Notes under the pieces: model-generated
The model's input: only the letters and a program-made list of their open reading frames with translations
Databases searched by the model: none
What the model was told of the DNA's origin: nothing
Program-made: the position numbers and the translations under genes
Shown here: one piece after another, positions 57,933-64,000 of the stretch
How the letters are laid out: each line of letters opens with the position of its first letter
How positions within the stretch are numbered: the stretch's first letter is position 1
Source of the DNA: Auanema rhodensis
Lineage: Eukaryota; Animalia; Nematoda
DNA: 64,000 nt
Assembly (NCBI GenBank): GCA_964057225.1
Contig: OZ059900.1
Span: forward strand, 6,324,001-6,388,000
Direction: 5' to 3'

Positions 57933-59825
57933 ATGCCCGTTATTCGCTCTCCAACTAGAGGACAAAACGACATGGTGCATCAAGCCGAGTCCAACGAAGA
58001 AACTCACGCCGAACAATGGAACAGCAGCTGCTCATTATTACTCGCTAAGCTCAAGGACAACGACGCAAGGAGGAAATCATATGCGGTACGTCAAGTTACT
58101 AATACCTCAAACAAAACCCAAAGCATGATTGACACCCGTGAAAGGGAGATTTCAAACATCAGCGGGGACATCCTCGCCATCAACAAACTGATGGACGAGA
58201 TGAAACACATCCCAACCGACCTACGCCCCGAGGACCAAAGTCGGATCACGAAGAACGAAGAAACTCTGCGGAAACACATCTCTACCCTACTGTCATACAG
58301 TAACGACATACAAGAACAAGTCAACTACCTGAAGGGTCTCAACCACACTGAGAACAGCCCTGGCCCAACACACACAGACAGTTCACAGCCCTCTGAGCAC
58401 CACCTCATTGGAACTGCTGAACTCACACACTCCACACAACCTCGAAGCTGGGAAACATATCGCTCACGGCCAACACTCAAACCTGTCGATATCCCACGCT
58501 TCGATGGCAACGTGAAAAGCTGGAAAAACTTTTGGTGCTTGTTCCACACACTCATACACTCATCGAACATGCCCACCATAGAAAAGTTTAACTACCTTCG
58601 CCAGTCATTGACAGGAGAAGCAGCTTCACAAATAGCTTCATTCCCAACGGATGAAGACTACTACTTCAGCGCAGTACATCACCTGCAGGATCTATATGAT
58701 GATAACGACAACATCACACAACATCTCATGCTGGAATTTCTCCAGATACAAGCGAGAACATCCAACCAGCATGACCTCCTCACCATGATGGACAAGATCG
58801 CAGGCATTTTTCGCCAAACTGAAGGAAACAGGAACGCCGAACTCAACTCCCTCGCTGTAGTTATCTTACACAAGAAACTACCAGGGAACCTTCTCCAAGA
58901 GATCTACAAATCATTCCCCTCGGGAAAAACACCTGACATCAGAGACTTCGTAGACATCACAAGGCGACATATCCGATGCCAAAACAAGGTGAAAATTTTC
59001 GCAGCAGATCGGTTCGAGAAACCAATCACACGAGTCTACAACTCACCACCAGGGAACACCTACAATTCCCAACGCAACAAACCAGAAGCTAAAAAACTAG
59101 CAAAAACATCCAGTTGCATCTTCTGCCAGAAACCTCACGCCCCATGGGACTGTGACACAACAAAGTCGAGGAAGGAGCGTCTAACCATCCTCAACCAGGA
59201 GAAGAGATGCATCAACTGTCTCCGAAAAACACACAACACGGAGTCATGTCCAAGCAAACGAACATGCTCCAAATGCGGAGAAAAACACATCGACATCTTA
59301 TGCGCTAATAAAAAGAAGACGACCAAAGTCAACTTAATTGAGAGCACACCCTACAATGACGAGGAAACCGAAGAGCACACGGTTCAATTCTCCTCCCAGT
59401 TCTCTACCAATCAATTCAAAAGCGCCCTCCTTCCAATAGGAGAAATCAAGATAATGACAAATGGGAAAATTTCCACAATCCCAGCCATCTTGGACTCTGG
59501 ATCGGACACATCTTTCATCGAAGAAGAACTTGCCAAAGAACTTCAACTACCCGTTATAGAATCTAAACGCGTAAAAATCAAGACTTTCGGCAACACAGAA
59601 AGCGTTGAACACCTCACAAAGGTGAAAGCAACAATCGAAGGAACAGTCTCCAACATCACACCTTTGGACGAAAAAGACCTTGACGGGTCCCATCAAAACA
59701 GTCCTAATTCCAAAATCAGACAACTCCACCTTCAAATCAAATCAAGGAACCTACGTCAATTCACGCATACTCATAGGCTTCGATTTAATGTGGCAAGCTC
59801 TGACAGCCATTATACCAATCTCTGA
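57933..59825 (+). CDS. gag: BEL/Pao Gag-protease polyprotein; true start uncertain; out of frame after about 59700
   Basis: LKPVDIPRFDGNVKSWKNFWCLF...EKFNYLRQSLTGEA (DUF1759-type). Knuckles CIFCQKPHAPWDC, CINCLRKTHNTESC and CSKCGEKHIDILC at 59115-59303. Protease AILDSGSDTSFI with D at 59493. Confidence 0.92.
   Translation: MPVIRSPTRGQNDMVHQAESNEETHAEQWNSSCSLLLAKLKDNDARRKSYAVRQVTNTSNKTQSMIDTREREISNISGDILAINKLMDEMKHIPTDLRPEDQSRITKNEETLRKHISTLLSYSNDIQEQVNYLKGLNHTENSPGPTHTDSSQPSEHHLIGTAELTHSTQPRSWETYRSRPTLKPVDIPRFDGNVKSWKNFWCLFHTLIHSSNMPTIEKFNYLRQSLTGEAASQIASFPTDEDYYFSAVHHLQDLYDDNDNITQHLMLEFLQIQARTSNQHDLLTMMDKIAGIFRQTEGNRNAELNSLAVVILHKKLPGNLLQEIYKSFPSGKTPDIRDFVDITRRHIRCQNKVKIFAADRFEKPITRVYNSPPGNTYNSQRNKPEAKKLAKTSSCIFCQKPHAPWDCDTTKSRKERLTILNQEKRCINCLRKTHNTESCPSKRTCSKCGEKHIDILCANKKKTTKVNLIESTPYNDEETEEHTVQFSSQFSTNQFKSALLPIGEIKIMTNGKISTIPAILDSGSDTSFIEEELAKELQLPVIESKRVKIKTFGNTESVEHLTKVKATIEGTVSNITPLDEKDLDGSHQNSPNSKIRQLHLQIKSRNLRQFTHTHRLRFNVASSDSHYTNL
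57973..57987 (+). promoter_or_regulatory. Primer-binding site, tRNA-Gly-like
   Basis: TGGTGCATCAAGCCG directly after the LTR-terminal CA. TGGTGCATC is complementary to a ...GATGCACCA tRNA-Gly 3' end; the match appears only partial beyond 9 nt. Confidence 0.75.
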
Positions 59826-60048
59826 CGACCACATACAAGTCAAGACACAATTTGGAGACTTCATTACAGGAAAAGCAAGCGACCAACCAAGAATTTACGG
59901 GAACCGAACAAGAAGAAAAACAAGCACGAGGCAAACTAGTATTGGAACAATTCCAATCCACCATCCAAAAAAGATACGATGGTTATTACGTCTCCTTCCC
60001 ATGGAAAGACAACATCAATCTTCTCCCCGACAACAAATCACTTGCTCA
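59740..60048 (+). pseudogene. pol: Frameshifted and deleted pol fragments (protease C-terminus and pre-RT region)
   Basis: RILIGFDLMW...TQFGDFITGK in one frame and QEFTG...FQSTIQKRYDGYYVSFPWK...LPDNKSLA in another; both are typical BEL/Pao motifs. Confidence 0.85.
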
Positions 60049-60166
60049 TGGTTCTTCGGCTGGTTCGATTATTCCATTGTCTAGTTGTTCTTGAATGATT
60101 TTGTCGTATGCTGCTAGTGAATCTGGTTGTTGAGATAATTTTACGGCTAGACTTATGAGGCGTCTT
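60049..60166 (-). pseudogene. pol: Inverted 118-bp pol segment (start of the RT region)
   Basis: The reverse complement continues LPDNKSLA in frame as QRRLISLAVKLSQQPDSLAAYDKIIQEQLDNGIIEPAEEP. Confidence 0.9.
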
Positions 60167-60173
60167 TGAGAGT

Positions 60174-60876
60174 ATATTCTAAGATATGATATCAAACTTC
60201 ACAATCGGCTATCGCGCCTCAGATCTTGCCTAATGGAGGGCGATAGGTGATTCATCGGCAAATCGGCCGTTGGTGACAACTTACAGGATTATCGATTAGA
60301 TAGTTGAGGATAATGGATGGTACAAGGAGAGGACAATAAAGAAGTACAATTGAACTAAACTAAGGAGGAACACTATTATCACGGGATGAGAGTGCTTCAG
60401 CACACTCCGGCCTTCGAAAAGAGAACATCTATATGGTGATGATCGCCGCCTGAGTCTTGTTCCTCTTAGTGGGTGGAATTACTTGTTCCAGTTCTTTTCT
60501 AGTCTTGATCCTACCGGTAGTCTGCGTTTCTTTAGACACTGTAGGCTTGGCTTGGATCCCTTTCGCGAGTAGTTCTTTGATCTCTTTCAGTTCTTTCTTT
60601 AGCGAGTCGATCTTTTTTTGTTGGTCGAGCTGTTCGATTAACACTGAGGTCATCCTTTTGTTCTCTGATCTCATCTGCTTTAGTTCTTCCAATATTTCTT
60701 TAAGCTCCGGCTGCGCTTCTACGACGATGATGTTTCCCTTAGGTTGAGGACATCCTGGCGCTTCTCCGTCCTTTTTGATAGTAGAGGGGTTGTACGGCAT
60801 CTTGTCTCCGTTTATCGCTGGGATGTGTTCCTTTTGGATACTCTTCATCAACTCATTTAGTCTTCCCTCGTTTCCA
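60174..60876 (-). repeat. 703-bp inverted duplicate of 62248-62950 (accessory ORF 3' part, PPT, truncated LTR at 60206-60404, and 32 bp of satellite at 60174-60205)
   Basis: Paired coordinates sum to 123124 throughout, e.g. ORF ends 60429/62695 and LTR starts 60404/62720. Confidence 0.97.
60429..60851 (-). pseudogene. Partial inverted copy of the accessory ORF (140 aa)
   Basis: Near-identical peptide to the C-terminal 140 aa of ORF 62009-62695; the 5' part is missing. Confidence 0.85.
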
Positions 60877-60878
60877 CA

Positions 60879-62010
60879 ACGGACCTCAGCCTAACATACC
60901 GCAACGGATCAACCACCATCGCCAAAAACGTCACTCTATACTCTGACGTTCCAAAGCACATATATCCATTCACACTAACTATTGCAAGTCTCTCACCTCC
61001 AGTCATACCTGCGATGCAATACAAGCTCATCCGCAACTTTACAAGAACAGCTATATGGAATCAACAACCCATGCTCTCATGCCCGAGCAGAAGAAACGCT
61101 ATAAACAGGAACTGTAACGCCACACCCACCTGCGTTTGCACACCGGCAGAAGACCAGGTCAACTGCCAGTGCCACGAAACATCCATCACCTCAGCCTTTA
61201 CCAGCGTACAATCAGCTATTCCAATGCTAAGACCCTCTTACATGATCATGACCGAGGAAAGAAACTTACGGATCAACATTAACAGCAACATGTTAACTGT
61301 AATCCACATCAAAATCGACGGGGAATTCCACACTTCCTCATCTCAAGACTCCACACATTGCAACATTCAGAATTGCAACCGAGGAGCCCAAACAAGTATC
61401 ACATGTACTTCACCTCAACCAACTCTGGCAGCTATACAATGTGGTGAATCCGCATTCATGACACAATGCAGTCCACAAGGAACAACCAACTCCATTCAGC
61501 TGCCGATCGCTTCAGCCTCACCTAGGATCACATGCACATACACCTGCGGAACACAAGAAAACACATTCCTTCTCTCAGGAATGCTGTACTACGTCAACAC
61601 ACTTCAAGACCTACGCTCTCATTACATACACGGGAATCACTCGTCCCTCCAAGAAACAGCCTTCACCTTTTCTTGGCCCGACATTACCCACTTTTACAAC
61701 ATCTATCAGGAATGGTACAAAGCATTAGCAACCTGTCTACTCATTGCCTAAATTGCTTTTACCTTTTCCTATTACATCATTACAACATACGCTACCAGAC
61801 TAGCACTAGGCACCGCCCACTACATGGCTGCCGCAACATGTTACATCTTCCTCATTCCCCTCCGCGTCCTTATCATTTTTTGGCGCCAGCTCCTTCTCCT
61901 AAAGTCAAGGAAACCTCACATCTTAGTAGTATTCATTCTATTCACTATGTCACTCGCCAACACTAGAGCCTGCGAAATCAACCTGGTCTTGCAAAGATCA
62001 CAAGAAAGAT
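60879..62010 (+). pseudogene. env: env fragment: phlebovirus Gc/G2-like class II fusion glycoprotein, C-terminal half plus transmembrane region
   Basis: One frame from 60879: LTIASLSPPVIPAM, CPSR..A..RNC...PTCVCTPAEDQVNCQC, NCNRGAQTSITCTS..AAIQCG..F.TQCSPQG..CTYTCG..FLLSGMLYYV, then hydrophobic segments. An in-frame TAA at 61749-61751 splits ORFs 61014 and 61824, which share a frame. The 5' part is missing and the 3' boundary is uncertain. Confidence 0.82.
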
Positions 62011-62695
62011 GCGACTCGTTTCTGAAGCTCACAAGAGAGAAACGGATGGAATGCTTGAAGGAACTCACCCAGCACATGGACCACTCAGGGATTTTTACAA
62101 AACTGAGGCAAGTGAACTCTCTGACAAATCCAATCTTATCAACAGCGCCGCCACTGCATTAAAAAACTGCATAAGACTCAAAGATTTCCTTAGCACCGCA
62201 AGAACACACCACGTGTTCCAAAATGAGCAAGACAAGCTCAAACCTTTTGGAAACGAGATAAGACTAAATGAGTTGATGAAGAGTATCCAAAAGGAACACA
62301 TCCCAGCGTTAAACGGAGACAAGACGCCGTACAAACCCTCTACCATCAAAAGCGACGGAGAAGCGCCAGGATGTCCTCAACCTAAGGGAAACATCATCGT
62401 CGTAGAAGCGCAGCCGGAGCTCAAAATAATATTGGGAGAACTGAAGCAGATGAGATCAGAAAACAAAAGGATGACCTCAGTGTTAATCGAACAGCTCGAC
62501 CAACAAAAGAAGATCGACTCGCTAAAGAAAGAACTGAAAGAGATCAAAGAACTACTCGCGAAAGGGATCCAAGCCAAGCCTACAGTGTCTAAAGAAACGC
62601 AGACTACCGGTAGGATCAAGACTAGAAAAGAACTGGAACAAGTAATTCCACCCACTAAGAGGAACAAGACTCAGGCGGCGATCATCACCATATAG
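62009..62695 (+). CDS. 3' accessory ORF of the retroelement, 228 aa, coiled coil followed by KETQT motif and basic tail
   Basis: Open frame between env and the PPT, with heptad-like ELKIILGELKQMRSE...IDSLKKELKEIKELLAK. It stays open in the diverged duplicate. The start codon is uncertain. Confidence 0.7.
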   Translation: MRLVSEAHKRETDGMLEGTHPAHGPLRDFYKTEASELSDKSNLINSAATALKNCIRLKDFLSTARTHHVFQNEQDKLKPFGNEIRLNELMKSIQKEHIPALNGDKTPYKPSTIKSDGEAPGCPQPKGNIIVVEAQPELKIILGELKQMRSENKRMTSVLIEQLDQQKKIDSLKKELKEIKELLAKGIQAKPTVSKETQTTGRIKTRKELEQVIPPTKRNKTQAAIITI

Positions 62696-62708
62696 ATGTT
62701 CTCTTTTC

Positions 62709-62719
62709 GAAGGCCGGAG
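62709..62719 (+). promoter_or_regulatory. Polypurine tract
   Basis: GAAGGCCGGAG immediately before the TGT of the 3' LTR. Confidence 0.65.
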
Positions 62720-62918
62720 TGTGCTGAAGCACTCTCATCCCGTGATAATAGTGTTCCTCCTTAGTTTAGTTCAATTGTACTTTTTTATTGTCCTCTCTTT
62801 GTACCATCCATTATCCTCAACTATCTAATCGATAATCCTGTAAGTTGTCACCAACGGCCGATTTGCCGATGAATCACCTATCGCCCTCCATTAGGCAAGA
62901 TCTGAGGCGCGATAGCCG
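62720..62918 (+). repeat. 3' LTR, truncated (199 bp)
   Basis: Matches 57441-57651 with a 12-bp deletion (ttgcgatctgat) and joins the satellite after gatagccg. It lacks the TATA box and AATAAA. Confidence 0.95.
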
Positions 62919-63320
62919 ATTGTGAAGTTTGATATCATATCTTAGAATATTCTGAATTTCATCTTTGAATAATGAACAGTTCTCTACTTATAAGTTTTTG
63001 AAATTTTACCATTTTTTGTAAAATTTTGTATTTTTTCAATCAATTTAAAAACTACATTAACGTCTTTATTGTTTTATCATCTTCGAGTATTGTAGATTTT
63101 AATATCATATCTTAGAATTTTGAGAATTTCCTCTCAAAATAATGAACAGTTCTTTACTTATAAGTTTTTGAAATTTTACCTTTTTTTGTAAAATTTTGTA
63201 TTTTTTCAATCAATTTAAAAACTACATTAACGTCTTTATTGTTTTATCATCTTCGAGTATTGTAGATTCTAATATCATATCTTAGAATATTAGAATTTCA
63301 TCTCAAAATAATGAACAGTT
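62919..63320 (-). repeat. Satellite array 4, inverted, ~2.4 monomers
   Basis: Reverse-complement monomers carrying the aaaaatggta and gagaggaaa variants typical of 52.4-57.4 kb. Confidence 0.97.
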
Positions 63321-63742
63321 TCTTTTCTTTTCTTTTCGCCTATCCTCAATTTTCACGCTTTTCAGCCATTTTAAGGCTTAATATCAATGATTTTGTGTCA
63401 AAACTCATTGAAAAAACATTATTTTAAACAATTTTTAAAAATGGTAAAAAGGTCGAAATGCGTTACTTTACTTTAAAAATGTGGTCGACATACATGGTCG
63501 AAATGGTCGAGAAAAGTGCGCTTACATTTTGAATAAAAATAATGTTCAATAAATGGTGAGGTTAGGTAAACCTTGAGGATCTGCTTTGCAAGCTCTTTCA
63601 AGAGTCTATAATTATTTTATAAGTTGAGTAACTTCCGCTTTAAACGAAACCGATTCCTATATTCGTCGTTTGTTCATTATGTGATTATATAAAATTACAC
63701 AAAATTTTTAATGGCACGTTTTTTATCGAATCAGTTTATAAT

Positions 63743-63978
63743 TTACAACGAGTTAGAAATACAGGCGATATTTTTACGGATTTCTGCCAAGTAATTGCTG
63801 TAATCTCGGCTCGCTTTATAAAAGATTTCATGCTTGCGGAAGAGGTGTTTCTGCTTGAATATGGAATCGTTGGCGACTAATATCATCTCTTCGAGCTGCC
63901 ATGATTCCAAACAGTGACGTGCGACCCGCTGTTTTCCCCTGCCCAATATTTTTCTGACTTTCCATAATTGTCGCCGAC
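63743..63978 (-). CDS. Probable terminal exon of a minus-strand gene entering from beyond the window
   Basis: Acceptor-like ATTTTCATTTAG ends at 63979. It is followed by an open frame, RRQLWKVRKILGRGKQRVARHCLESWQLEEMIL...YLAEIRKNIACISNSL*, that is more GC-rich than its flanks, then an AT-rich UTR-like tract. Confidence 0.55.
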
Positions 63979-64000
63979 CTAAATGAAAATAACAGAACTA

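Larger units (their letters stand above)
57441..57972 (+). repeat. 5' LTR, 532 bp, TGT...ACA
   Basis: Starts TGTGCTGAAG, the same start as the copy at 62720. Ends ...AAAACGACA directly before a TGG PBS. Contains TATATAAA and AATAAA in the expected order. Confidence 0.92.
57441..62918 (+). mobile_element. BEL/Pao (Belpaoviridae, Cer-like) LTR retrotransposon with env, rearranged and non-autonomous
   Basis: Order is LTR, PBS, gag-PR, env, accessory ORF, PPT, LTR. It has a DUF1759-type capsid motif, three zinc knuckles and a DSGS protease. No RT catalytic core, RNase H or integrase motifs are visible. Confidence 0.95.

Noticed and set aside
57671-59735. Short ORFs in the LTR and antisense to gag (57671, 57816, 57874, 58091, 58325, 58679, 59135, 59334, 59547)
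   Set aside because: Overlap the LTR or a well-supported gag-protease frame; no independent motifs.
60457-62667. Hydrophobic ORFs 60457-60747 and 62377-62667, plus 61532-61966 and 62095-62349
   Set aside because: Antisense or alternative-frame shadows; the hydrophobicity follows from complementing Lys/Glu-rich codons.
57441-62918. Autonomous, active retrovirus
   Set aside because: No RT catalytic motif, RNase H or integrase; env has a stop and lacks its 5' part; the 3' LTR is incomplete.

Overview
Eukaryotic, almost certainly nematode (Caenorhabditis-like) heterochromatin-type DNA; about 85% of the window is one AT-rich ~170-bp satellite. The satellite occurs as four arrays of alternating orientation: + 1-22891, - 25885-37595, + 37601-57438 and - 62919-63320. 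Each +/- pair converges on a non-satellite island. Island 1 (22892-25884) holds a decayed Maverick/Polinton-type protein-primed DNA polymerase B (minus strand), a 317-bp direct duplication, and a spliced three-exon ubiquitin-like-domain gene cut off by the satellite. Island 2 (57441-62918) is a rearranged, non-autonomous BEL/Pao LTR retroelement. It has an intact 532-bp 5' LTR, a tRNA-Gly-like PBS, gag-protease, a phlebovirus Gc-like env fragment, a 3' coiled-coil accessory ORF with a KETQT LC8-type motif, and a truncated 3' LTR. It lacks the RT core, RNase H and integrase, and carries a 118-bp micro-inversion and a 703-bp inverted duplication. The last ~260 bp look like the terminal exon of a minus-strand gene. 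No rRNA, tRNA or CRISPR was found. All family assignments come from motif recognition, not from searches, and the junctions need long-read validation.
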